Of a stretch of DNA of 64,000 nucleotides, positions 40,209-48,801 are shown piece by piece (the first letter of the stretch is position 1; every line of letters begins with the position of its first letter). Location: the NCBI GenBank assembly GCA_002841595.1, contig PHAD01000001.1:1415-65414 (forward strand). The letters run 5' to 3'. The notes under the pieces were generated by a model. The model saw nothing but the letters and a program-made list of their open reading frames with translations. It was not told where the DNA came from and did no database searches. Both the position numbers and the translations under genes were made by a program. Origin of the DNA: Firmicutes bacterium HGW-Firmicutes-12. GTDB taxonomy: Bacteria; Bacillota; Peptococcia; DRI-13; PHAD01.

Positions 40209-42926
40209 TCAAATTTCACAAATATCACTAATAACATTGTCAATAAAAACCGAAACAATTCTAGGATCAAATTGTGTCCCAGAACATTTTCTCAACTCAG
40301 CAATTGCTTCTTTTTTTGTTAAAGTATTTTTATATGTTCTTTGCTCTGTCATAGCATCATACGCATCGACAACAGCGATAATCCTCGCCATAATAGGAAT
40401 TCCTTCTCCTTGCAATCCCTCGCAATAGCCTGATCCATCCCATCTTTCATGATGAGCGGCAATCACATAACTTATGTCCTCATATTCATCTGTCTCCTCC
40501 AAAATCGCAGCTCCTTTTATCACATGCTGTTTCATCAGTTCCCACTCTGAATCGTTGAGTTTTCCCTCTTTATTGAGAACCGTTTCACTTATACCAATTT
40601 TGCCAATATCATGAAGCATTCCCGCTATTTTTATTCTATTAATGCTGTAAATATCCCAGCCTAAAGCTTCTGCTATTGCTTCACAGTGTTGTGAGACGCG
40701 TTCGGAATGCCTTTTTTCTCTCTCGCTTTTTTGAAATAAAGTACTCATCATTGCCTTAATCATGTTGCTTCGCGTACTTTTATCATTATAATACTTTCTT
40801 CGATAGAGGAACCCTTCAGCCTCCTTCATTAGACCATCTAAATCTTGATTGTGGTCTATTTGCATACCGTAACCAAAGGAAACTGACAAATACACTTTAG
40901 CCTCTTCACTATTCGTAAGCACAACATATTTATCCAATTCTTTTTCAAGAAGATTAGTCAACTTCATAACATATTCTGATGTAGCATTCGTAATCAAAAT
41001 GCCGAATTCATCTCCACCAATCCTAGCTAGAATATCATTGCTTTGGATTAATAAACCAATCTCTTTAGCCACCTCTTTAATAAGCTCATCGCCTATTGCA
41101 TGGCCGAAACTTTCATTAACCATTTTTAAACCGTTTATATCCCCTACAATAATAGCTAAAGTCTGATTTTGCTTTTTATTTAACCTATAAAATGATTCCT
41201 CAAAATACCGTCGGTTATAAACCCCCGTCAAATAGTCTTGGAAGGCCAGCGTTTTTATCTCTTTCATAGCTTCCTCTTTTTCGGTCACATCAAAGATAAT
41301 CGATATTAACACTTGTTTTTCATTGAATATTATTGGACTGCAGTGGACATCCACCACTCGAATTTCACCATTTTTCAATTTATGCAGTAACGTGAAATAT
41401 TTTTGTGCTCTTTCTAGTGCTCTGAGTCTTAATTCCTTCACCTTTTCGGTTTCCAGCATATTGATATCCTGAATGTGCATCTCTAGAAATTCTTCCTTAG
41501 TATAGCCATAAAAGTCTATGGCAGTTGGATTAGCATCTAGTATTTTTCCTGTTTCAGGTTCTATAAACAAAATAACTGCCGAATTATTTTCAAAGATCGC
41601 TCTTAACCTTTTAAGCTCATTCTTTTCTTTTTCTTCCAGCTTTTTTCTTTCAGTTATATCAGTCCCAATTGAATAATATAGCTTGGCTTTGCTATTGTTG
41701 TCAAAAATTGCTCTATTCTTCCATTCATACCAGAACAACTTGTCATTTTTTAATATCTGTTGAACATAACCGTTTGATGAATTCTGCTGGATTAAAGATG
41801 AATATTCTTCAGCAGCTTTTTTCCGTTCATCATCGGGTAGAAGATGCAAATATTTCTTTCCTAGCAATTGTTCCTTTGACATGTCATAATAATCACAATA
41901 CTTTTTATTCACATATGTAAGTGTGCTGTCAGGTAGAAATTCAGCTATCAATGCGGGCAAATCATCCAGAATTCTCCTGTATTTTTCCTTCATTTCAAAG
42001 ATATCCTGAGTCTTTTTTTTAACTTCTTTTTTAAGACGATTAACCCAAAAAAGCGATACCAATAATGAAATTGCTATTATACCCCCAAGTATAAGTATCA
42101 ATATAATCAAGGGTCCATAATCATTTTCTATATCGATATCCACCCATTTGTTAATGATGGCCTGCTTTTCTTCTTCAGTTATACCGGCCATAGTCTTATC
42201 TATAACGCTGACTAATTCCGGCCAGCCTTTGCGAGCTGCAAAATGCAAAGAGTTCTTTTTTTCAGCTTCAAAAGCTATTAATTTAAGGTCTGGTAAGGCT
42301 ACGGTTTTAATCAGGTAATTTATTACCGTAAGATTCCCAACAAAAACGCACTCTGTGCCGTCGGCTACGGCTGCCAGCGCGGATTCAACTGAATCATAGA
42401 GACTTAGATTTATTTCCGGAAAGGACAATAAATAGCTGTGATGTGAGCTGTTTCTTTGAACAGCAACAGTTAAGCCCTCTAAATCTTTTATACTGGATAT
42501 GTCAGTTTCCGTGTTTTTTATGACTATTGCTCTTTTGAAGTAACAATAAGGTTTGGAAAAGAGGAAGTACTGTTCCCGTTCCTCATTTTTGCCAATAGCT
42601 GGAAGTATATCGATTTCTCCTTCGATTGCCAAATCATAAGCTTCCGGCCATGTCAGACCCTGAACCACTTCAAAAAGAAGTCCGGTTCTCTCACTAATAA
42701 TTCCAAGATAATCGGCTGCAATACCCTTATATTCAGCTTCCTCATCTATGAACTCAAAAGGTTCAAAACCCGGATCGACACCAATTCTTATAACTGGGTG
42801 CAGCTTAATAAAGGTCTGCTCGTCTTCAGTCAAACGAATATTATTGTCCAAGGCATAGCAAGGAGCAGTTATAATTAACAAATATATTAACAATAGTAAG
42901 CTGAGAAATAAGCGCTTAAACATCAT
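40209..42926 (-). CDS. Periplasmic solute-binding (SBP_bac_3) - TM - PAS - PAS - GGDEF - HD-GYP(GYC) protein
   Basis: Signal/TM MMFKRLFLSLLLLIYLLIITAPCYA, PBPb-type domain, 2 PAS, GGDEF (RIGGDEFGILI; I-site position reads QSND), HD (LHDIGKIG) and HHERWDGSGYC. GAAGGAG precedes ATGATG at 42926/42923. Confidence 0.9.
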   Translation of the reverse strand: MMFKRLFLSLLLLIYLLIITAPCYALDNNIRLTEDEQTFIKLHPVIRIGVDPGFEPFEFIDEEAEYKGIAADYLGIISERTGLLFEVVQGLTWPEAYDLAIEGEIDILPAIGKNEEREQYFLFSKPYCYFKRAIVIKNTETDISSIKDLEGLTVAVQRNSSHHSYLLSFPEINLSLYDSVESALAAVADGTECVFVGNLTVINYLIKTVALPDLKLIAFEAEKKNSLHFAARKGWPELVSVIDKTMAGITEEEKQAIINKWVDIDIENDYGPLIILILILGGIIAISLLVSLFWVNRLKKEVKKKTQDIFEMKEKYRRILDDLPALIAEFLPDSTLTYVNKKYCDYYDMSKEQLLGKKYLHLLPDDERKKAAEEYSSLIQQNSSNGYVQQILKNDKLFWYEWKNRAIFDNNSKAKLYYSIGTDITERKKLEEKEKNELKRLRAIFENNSAVILFIEPETGKILDANPTAIDFYGYTKEEFLEMHIQDINMLETEKVKELRLRALERAQKYFTLLHKLKNGEIRVVDVHCSPIIFNEKQVLISIIFDVTEKEEAMKEIKTLAFQDYLTGVYNRRYFEESFYRLNKKQNQTLAIIVGDINGLKMVNESFGHAIGDELIKEVAKEIGLLIQSNDILARIGGDEFGILITNATSEYVMKLTNLLEKELDKYVVLTNSEEAKVYLSVSFGYGMQIDHNQDLDGLMKEAEGFLYRRKYYNDKSTRSNMIKAMMSTLFQKSEREKRHSERVSQHCEAIAEALGWDIYSINRIKIAGMLHDIGKIGISETVLNKEGKLNDSEWELMKQHVIKGAAILEETDEYEDISYVIAAHHERWDGSGYCEGLQGEGIPIMARIIAVVDAYDAMTEQRTYKNTLTKKEAIAELRKCSGTQFDPRIVSVFIDNVISDICEI

Positions 42927-43146
42927 GCTCTCCTTCGTAAATAGTGTTCTGCATGAGTTCTCCGACTGGAGGTTCAACCGGAAAACGAACATACTATGAG
43001 TTGTTGCAAGCTAATCTTTCAAAGACCGAGTCAAGCTCTGGTAATAATCTTTCATAGGGAATCAGATTTCTGAGTTCTATATCCATTTTCCGACACTCTT
43101 CGACACTCAAATTTATCATACAATAAGGAGCATAGTTTTTCAATTT

Positions 43147-43198
43147 ATATATATATGTATTTATTTATATATAAATATAAATAAATACATATATATAT
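43147..43198. repeat. Perfect 24-bp-arm palindrome (AT-rich hairpin)
   Basis: ATATATATATGTATTTATTTATAT (43147-43170), loop ATAA, ATATAAATAAATACATATATATAT (43175-43198). Arms verified base by base. Followed by an (ATAA)n-like tract to about 43215. Confidence 0.9.
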
Positions 43199-43241
43199 AA
43201 ATAAATAAATAAATAAAAGTTTTATTAAAAACACAAAAGAA

Positions 43242-43586
43242 TGTCCTCTTGCTTGTGGTACAAAAAACTCTTGCGAAAGCCCCTGCTCTAATGCTAAATA
43301 CGGTCGTACTTTCCATACTTTTTCTGAGGATAATCTAAGGCTGTTTCCCAAAACCCCTAGATATTCAGAAAAGTGGCAGCATATTTACAAACGGCGTACT
43401 TCTGTTGAACGTTCTAATAAACGTGAAAAAGTTGATTATCACTTAGAATCTGGACGCCACCGTTCCACTAAAAACTGGTACATTCGTACGTACTATATCA
43501 AGATGTGTCAACACATAGATGCTTGGTACAGCACTCAAAATGTAACTTTAAAACTTCCAGAACTCATTTTCAACCAAGCTGCCTAG
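43242..43586 (+). mobile_element. C-terminal fragment of a DDE transposase (IS4/IS5/IS1182-like); no start codon, N-terminal part absent
   Basis: Hand translation: CPLACGTKNSCESPCSNAKYGRTFHTFSEDNLRLFPKTPRYSEKWQHIYKRRTSVERSNKREKVDYHLESGRHRSTKNWYIRTYYIKMCQHIDAW. This matches the Y-x2-R-x3-VE-x3-K transposase C-terminal signature. The frame is closed by TAA at 43206. Confidence 0.6.
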
Positions 43587-43839
43587 CTAGCACCATTTAT
43601 AAAAATTTCATATTGGTACGTTTATTTGGCATACCCTTTTTTACTATTTGTGTTAAAAACATAGTTTTTTCTCTGAAATCAGTTAATTCCCAGTGAATTT
43701 TTGCCAATTTAACCTTTAAGTGCTTTTTTATTCCGAGAGGCTATTTAATAATAACAATATTAATATATCGCAATGATTTCTAACTACCATTATAGTCATA
43801 ACATTGGGAATTATAAATGCCTTGCATGGGCTACTATAT

Positions 43840-44610
43840 TCATTTTCTCGCTTGACGAAGTGCAATCTTATCTATCAATGCTCCAATCATTCTTTTTGGT
43901 AAGCTCAACTTAACATCATAATAATATACTGAGTTAAACCACCCACGCTCTTTATAATACTGATAATCACGATATTCTTTATTTGTTTTAAAAGAGTGTA
44001 AGGTCCTAACAAAGCGAAATATAACTAATTTCTTCAAGTTAGGACTAGGTGACTTTAATCCTACCATTTTCTCATAGAACCGTTTAGCTGCTTCACCAAT
44101 TTTTTTATTCATTATATCTGTATTATCTACGTTCACTTCATAGTTAGGCATAGTAAAACCAACACCTCGGCAAATATTAAACCCCCAAAACTCACCAACC
44201 GTGTTCAAGTATTTTAATATTTCTTTGTAACCGAATGCACCTTCAGTAACAATAGGAACCCAGGCTATATGAAAAAAACAAGGGCGATGAAATACATAAG
44301 ATAATCGATCAAATAAATTTTTAGTAATAGCAGGAATTTGCAGTGAATAATTCGGCACTGCAATAATTACTCCATCTGAACTACTCATTTTATCAAAGAT
44401 AACTGTCTTATCATCTTTTAATGGGCAATATTCTTCCCCTCGTTCCAAGCATATCCCGCAGCCTCTACATGACTGTATGTTAAGGTCTCTTAGATATAAG
44501 TATTCAGTTTCGATTACCCCATATATATTTAGATATTCTTCAAACATCTTTACAATTTTATATGTTCTTCCGTGTGTTCTTGGACTTCCAATAATAACTA
44601 ATACTTTCAT
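43840..44610 (-). CDS. Flavodoxin-like NAD(P)H-dependent FMN reductase family protein with a Cys cluster
   Basis: MKVLVIIGSPRTHGRT (FMN_red N-terminus), CRGCGICLERGEEYCP and VIIAVPNYSLQIPA. Confidence 0.72.
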   Translation of the reverse strand: MKVLVIIGSPRTHGRTYKIVKMFEEYLNIYGVIETEYLYLRDLNIQSCRGCGICLERGEEYCPLKDDKTVIFDKMSSSDGVIIAVPNYSLQIPAITKNLFDRLSYVFHRPCFFHIAWVPIVTEGAFGYKEILKYLNTVGEFWGFNICRGVGFTMPNYEVNVDNTDIMNKKIGEAAKRFYEKMVGLKSPSPNLKKLVIFRFVRTLHSFKTNKEYRDYQYYKERGWFNSVYYYDVKLSLPKRMIGALIDKIALRQARK

Positions 44611-44848
44611 AATTTACTCCCTTATTAAAGTATTATATGACTATATTTTATGCCATTCTCTTTCTTCATTTATTGATTTTTCTGCAAGTTTCATGTCTTT
44701 CATTATTACATATTCATCATTTTCAACCTCAATTAACACAATGTACCTCTTCTCAGCCTATTTCTTAAATTCCTTCTCTGTCAATACCAATTTTTCTTGA
44801 TTTTCTTTAACCAGTTTAATTGATTCTTCTTCACTCATCTTTTCCGAA

Positions 44849-45345
44849 TTATTTTTGCACTAATAAAACTTTTCCTGCTTCTACTAATTTGAGAAATTTA
44901 ACTTTAAACCCATATGCTTTTCTAACTCTGTAATAATTTTTTACCTCTTGACCGGCATTAACCTGGTATACGACGATGTAACTGCTGCTCTTTACTATAT
45001 TGCTTAACTCTGATTATTTTTGTTACAATAAAGCCCTTAGAGGATTCTTACAAGAAGTTTTCCCATACAGTTTGTATCAGGTATCCACGCAACTCCCTTA
45101 ACAACTTTTTTCATACCATTTTTAAATCCTGAGTTTATTACTTCAATTCTTCCATCACTTCGAAGATTGTATGTTGCTGTTACGTTTTCAAGATCTTTTT
45201 CAAATGGATGTGGAAATCGAGCAATCTCATACCATGTACCAAGATATCTTTTTAGGTCGACATTACATATTGGGATGATGTGCTTTGTGCTTCTCCCAAA
45301 TATACTACTGAAAATTCCCATACCCTTCATCCTTTCTATCCCCAC
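44849..45345 (-). pseudogene. blc: Bacterial lipocalin Blc, disrupted by a stop codon and frameshifts
   Basis: The N-terminal 102 codons carry VDLKRYLGTWYEIARFPHPFEKDLENVTATYNLRSDGRIEVINSG and end at a premature TAA (45037). The C-terminal lipocalin part (YIVVYQVNAGQEVKNYYRVRKAYGFKVKFLKLV, compare YLWILSRTP..EVK..GFDVSKF) continues in another frame down to 44849. Confidence 0.6.
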
Positions 45346-45375
45346 AGTACTGTTATAGTTTACAGTATTTGAACC

Positions 45376-46068
45376 TTATAGAAACAAGTAATTTGCCCAA
45401 TCCATTAATCCATGAAAAATTGCTGGTGCATATATTGTATTGTATTTACGATACAAGAAATCAAATATAACATGCCAGATAAAAGTAAAGATTAAAGTTA
45501 TCCAATTTAATTGAAGGTATGTAAATAACCCCATTTTTGCTTGACCCATTTTAAACGGAATATGGATTAACATAAATAGGATTCCACCTAATATAATTGC
45601 AAGGATTGGTTTTTTTACGAGTCCATATATTCTTGTTTGAATGTATCCTCTAAATATGAGCTCTTCTACTAAAGAAATCACTAACATATAATAAATAAAA
45701 TTCTTTGCAATACTTTGAAGTGGAGCCAATTGACTTCCTTCAACTATATTTATTACGTTATTCCCAATAACTATTAAAACTCCCAAAACACTACCCAAGA
45801 TGATAGATTTAACTGCATTGCCTTTAGTAAAACCGATGGTCGTTATTTTTTGTTTTCTTAATAATATGAACCATATACATAAGATTGCCAACACCATATT
45901 GACCTGTATTCCTAAGTACACTCCTTTATTGGCATATAGTTGTCCCATAAAATAATATGTAACCATAACTATTCCCCAAACGACTATCGCCATCATAGTA
46001 TCTTTTTTTTGGTACTCGGCAACTTGTTCTTTATAGGATTCATCAGTGTTAAAAAAATTTATAAGCAA
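45376..46068 (-). CDS. CPBP family intramembrane glutamic endopeptidase
   Basis: Canonical motif 1 LVEELIFRGY, motif 2 FMLIHIP and motif 3 FHGLMDW. Multi-TM. Confidence 0.8.
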   Translation of the reverse strand: MLINFFNTDESYKEQVAEYQKKDTMMAIVVWGIVMVTYYFMGQLYANKGVYLGIQVNMVLAILCIWFILLRKQKITTIGFTKGNAVKSIILGSVLGVLIVIGNNVINIVEGSQLAPLQSIAKNFIYYMLVISLVEELIFRGYIQTRIYGLVKKPILAIILGGILFMLIHIPFKMGQAKMGLFTYLQLNWITLIFTFIWHVIFDFLYRKYNTIYAPAIFHGLMDWANYLFL

Positions 46069-46089
46069 GTCTTTTCTCCTTTACCTTAT

Positions 46090-46250
46090 ATTATACATTG
46101 AAGTTTACAATAAGGTAAAATGCCACCATGTTATCAGAGATATCTAGACCATGTATATTGACTTCTCTATCCTTCAGATAACGAGATATTTCACCTGGCC
46201 CACACCCAACCTCAAGATTATTACCTTGTTTTATTATTCGAAAGGCAAAC
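46090..46250 (-). pseudogene. N-terminal fragment of a class I SAM-dependent methyltransferase with a frameshift inside motif I
   Basis: MFAFRIIKQGNNLEVG then an out-of-frame GPGEISRYLKDREVNIHGLDISDNMVAF. The DNA reads gttgggtgggccaggt where gttgggtgtgggccaggt would give VGCGPG. Truncated after about 53 codons. Confidence 0.4.
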
Positions 46251-46376
46251 ATATCTAATAATGCTCCTTTCCTACCCTATTCATAAACTAAACAGTGAGC
46301 ATCCTATTGTCGAGTATTAGTAATTACTTCCTCTGAATAAGATGTATTACTTATACAAATTCTGATGGGAGCATAT

Positions 46377-47369
46377 ATGAAGAATAAACTGTTAACCCAA
46401 CTTCTGATTTTTTCCCTTCTTTTCTTAACCTGGTGGAGTATAGAAGACCTGAAACCTCCTATGCCTGTTTCAAGCAAAATTAGCTCTCTAATCCCTATAT
46501 TCCCGAGTGTACAGATTGATTTTTTACTATCTGAAAACACTTCCTATGTTGAAGAGGCGCTCGATCAAACAGCAAAAACTCTAATCCAATATATCTCTCC
46601 CGAACTAAGTGATGAGTCTTGGCAATCTCAATGCATTTTCCTTGATCTATTAGGTGATAGAGATCAAGAGCTTGTTGTGTCCCTGACCCTGTCCCCCGAC
46701 AGAGGGTACTTAGCCCTAGTAAATAAACAAAATGGCCAATATACACTCTATTACTATCTAGATAATCTTCTTCCGCTCGGTAAAATAGATAGACTTAACC
46801 TTCCAGGAAACAAGGACATTCTTGTAACGCGTGAAGATCATAATGAAAGAATGGGGGCTTACACCGAAACCAAAACCTTAAAGCTATGGACATGGCAAGA
46901 TAACACACTCCGGCAGCTCTGGAGCGAAAACTCTTTTTGGGAAATGAACTGGATTAATACTTGGGAAAACCCTAATGCTAACCCTCGAATCTGGTCTAAA
47001 CTCGTGCAGGACCTTACCGTTAGCTATGAAGTAACCCCTGTAACAACAGTAAAAATTGAAGGCGAGCAATTCTACTATAAATCCCCTGCCTCTGAGTACG
47101 AAACACTTCCACCACCCTATAAATTCCAAGAACAAACAAAACGCTCCATTGAAGCATCGTTTAGATGGAACGAAGAATGGCAAAGATTTGTATTAAATAC
47201 TGGTTTGCTGACCCTTCCTGATAGCAACCCCCAAAGGATAGCTATATTAAAGGATATGGAAGCTCAACTGGAAGCTATGGTTATAGCAGAGCAAAGAGTG
47301 TTTTATCAGGTTATTAACGAAGACGGCCAAATATTCTTAGCCAACAAGCAATACGTTAAACTAGATTAA
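46377..47369 (+). CDS. Hypothetical exported or membrane-anchored protein
   Basis: About 330 aa with an N-terminal hydrophobic anchor MKNKLLTQLLIFSLLFLTWW and GGGAG 5 nt before ATG 46377. W/Y/E-rich. I recognise no family. Confidence 0.55.
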   Translation: MKNKLLTQLLIFSLLFLTWWSIEDLKPPMPVSSKISSLIPIFPSVQIDFLLSENTSYVEEALDQTAKTLIQYISPELSDESWQSQCIFLDLLGDRDQELVVSLTLSPDRGYLALVNKQNGQYTLYYYLDNLLPLGKIDRLNLPGNKDILVTREDHNERMGAYTETKTLKLWTWQDNTLRQLWSENSFWEMNWINTWENPNANPRIWSKLVQDLTVSYEVTPVTTVKIEGEQFYYKSPASEYETLPPPYKFQEQTKRSIEASFRWNEEWQRFVLNTGLLTLPDSNPQRIAILKDMEAQLEAMVIAEQRVFYQVINEDGQIFLANKQYVKLD

Positions 47370-47382
47370 ACTAATCTTCCTT

Positions 47383-48630
47383 TTACTTGTTTATTAAAGC
47401 GGCATTCTCACCTGCAACAAAGCCCGTAGAAAAGGCTGCCTGCAAGTTGTACCCACCAGTATAACCATCAATATCTAACACTTCTCCAGCAAAATACAAG
47501 CCCCTAATCAGCTTAGATCCCATTGTGCGCGGATCTATTTCTTTTAATGATACTCCGCCTGCAGTTACTATTGCCTCTGTTAGAGAACGTGGCCCTTCTA
47601 TGGTCATTGTTAAACCAGTTATTGTTTTCAACAAATTGCGGCGTTCCTCTTTGGTAACTTGGTGGACAAATTTTTCTGGATCTATACCACTCAGATCTAT
47701 TACATATGCAATCAAATTCTTGGGCATTAGCTCATCAAGAGAATTCCTTAACTGTTTCCTTTGGTATTTCTGAAAATCCCTTTGTAATCGTTTATCCAGC
47801 GTTTCCTCATCTAAAGCTGGTTTGAGATTAATACTTAGTTTCAGTCTACCAGGCACTCTAGCTTTATCAACTACAGCTCTGCTCAATGTAAGTATTATAG
47901 GGCCGGAAACTCCAAAGTGGGTAAACAGCATTTCCCCAAATTCACTTTTGATTACTTTATCACCGTCCATAATTGAAGCTTCAACATTCTTCAATGTCAG
48001 TCCCTGTAATTCCTTTACCCAAGTCTCTCTGATATTCAAGGGCACTAAAGCCGGTTTTGCCGGAACTACCTTATGCCCTATTTCTTCTGCCCATCTAAAC
48101 CCATCACCAGTAGAACCAGTTCCTGGATATGACTTACCACCAGTGGTGATGATTATGCGCGAGGAATCAATAAATCCTTTATCAGTTTTAATTCCACGTA
48201 CCTCTCCGTTATGTATCATTACTTCCAGAGCTGTTTCTTCTAAGCGAATCTCTACGCCATTGTTTTTGATATATTTCGTTAATGCTTCGACAATGTCTTC
48301 CGCTTTGTCTGAAACAGGGAATACTCTCCCACCTCTTTCAATCTTAACTGGAACACCCTGTTCTAAAAGCAGTTGCATAAGGTTATGACTGGAAAACCTG
48401 CTCAAAGCACTATAGAGGAATTGTCCATTCACCGGTATATTTTCTATAAATTCCTTAATATCTGCAGTGTTGGTTACATTACAGCGTCCCTTCCCTGAAA
48501 TACTTATCTTTCGGCCCAGTACCTTATTCTTTTCGAGCAGTACAACCTTAGCTCCCATCTCTCCGGCCCTGGCAGCCGCTATCATACCTGACGCTCCGCC
48601 ACCAATAACCACTACCTTTTTTGCAGACAT
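47383..48630 (-). CDS. HI0933/YhiN (BaiN-like) family FAD-dependent oxidoreductase
   Basis: VVVIGGGASGMIAA dinucleotide motif, GKGRCNVTN, and C-terminal GLYFAGEVLDIDGYTGGYNLQAAFSTG. Confidence 0.85.
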   Translation of the reverse strand: MSAKKVVVIGGGASGMIAAARAGEMGAKVVLLEKNKVLGRKISISGKGRCNVTNTADIKEFIENIPVNGQFLYSALSRFSSHNLMQLLLEQGVPVKIERGGRVFPVSDKAEDIVEALTKYIKNNGVEIRLEETALEVMIHNGEVRGIKTDKGFIDSSRIIITTGGKSYPGTGSTGDGFRWAEEIGHKVVPAKPALVPLNIRETWVKELQGLTLKNVEASIMDGDKVIKSEFGEMLFTHFGVSGPIILTLSRAVVDKARVPGRLKLSINLKPALDEETLDKRLQRDFQKYQRKQLRNSLDELMPKNLIAYVIDLSGIDPEKFVHQVTKEERRNLLKTITGLTMTIEGPRSLTEAIVTAGGVSLKEIDPRTMGSKLIRGLYFAGEVLDIDGYTGGYNLQAAFSTGFVAGENAALINK

Positions 48631-48653
48631 GTTTATACCCCCATATACCTGAT

Positions 48654-48690
48654 AAAAGCCCTGGTATCCTAAACCTTACCAGGGCTTTTT
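48654..48690. terminator. Bidirectional Rho-independent terminator (serves ileS on the minus strand)
   Basis: GCCCTGGTA (48658-48666) pairs with TACCAGGGC (48677-48685). Flanked by AAAA on one side and TTTTT on the other. Confidence 0.7.
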
Positions 48691-48801
48691 CATTAAATTA
48701 AATATCTATCTATTTTTCATATTCTGTTCCTAGCTACCGGTAAATATGCTTATTATACTCCAAATTTACTTGTTTTCATCTAATAATTCTGTTTAATTGT
48801 A

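Noticed and set aside
42994-43086. 30-codon minus-strand ORF MDIELRNLIPYERLLPELDSVFERLACNNS. I considered it as a DUF772-type transposase N-terminus inverted relative to the C-terminal fragment.
   Set aside because: It is too short and the similarity is only a loose pattern. It could equally be a random ORF in the promoter region of the GGDEF gene.
43145-43351. 68-aa minus-strand ORF ending IYLFIYICIYLYLYINKYIYI.
   Set aside because: It is the translation of the AT palindrome plus the antisense strand of the transposase fragment. It is not a gene.
44640-44838. Small ORF MSEEESIKLVKENQEKLVLTEKEFKK-TAG-AEKRYIVLIEVENDEYVIMKDMKLAEKSINEEREWHKI. I considered pyrrolysine read-through of the in-frame TAG.
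   Set aside because: There are no pyl genes and no methylamine methyltransferase context in the window. It lies in a stretch of decayed genes, so a simple nonsense mutation is more likely.
46304-47183. Three minus-strand ORFs (78-99 aa) opposite the 46377-47369 hypothetical gene.
   Set aside because: The plus-strand ORF is three times longer and has an SD and an N-terminal anchor. The minus-strand ORFs are fragmented and overlap one another.
47822-48388. 188-aa plus-strand ORF inside the HI0933-family oxidoreductase gene.
   Set aside because: It is an antisense shadow ORF with no recognisable motif. The minus-strand frame has the FAD motif and the family C-terminus.
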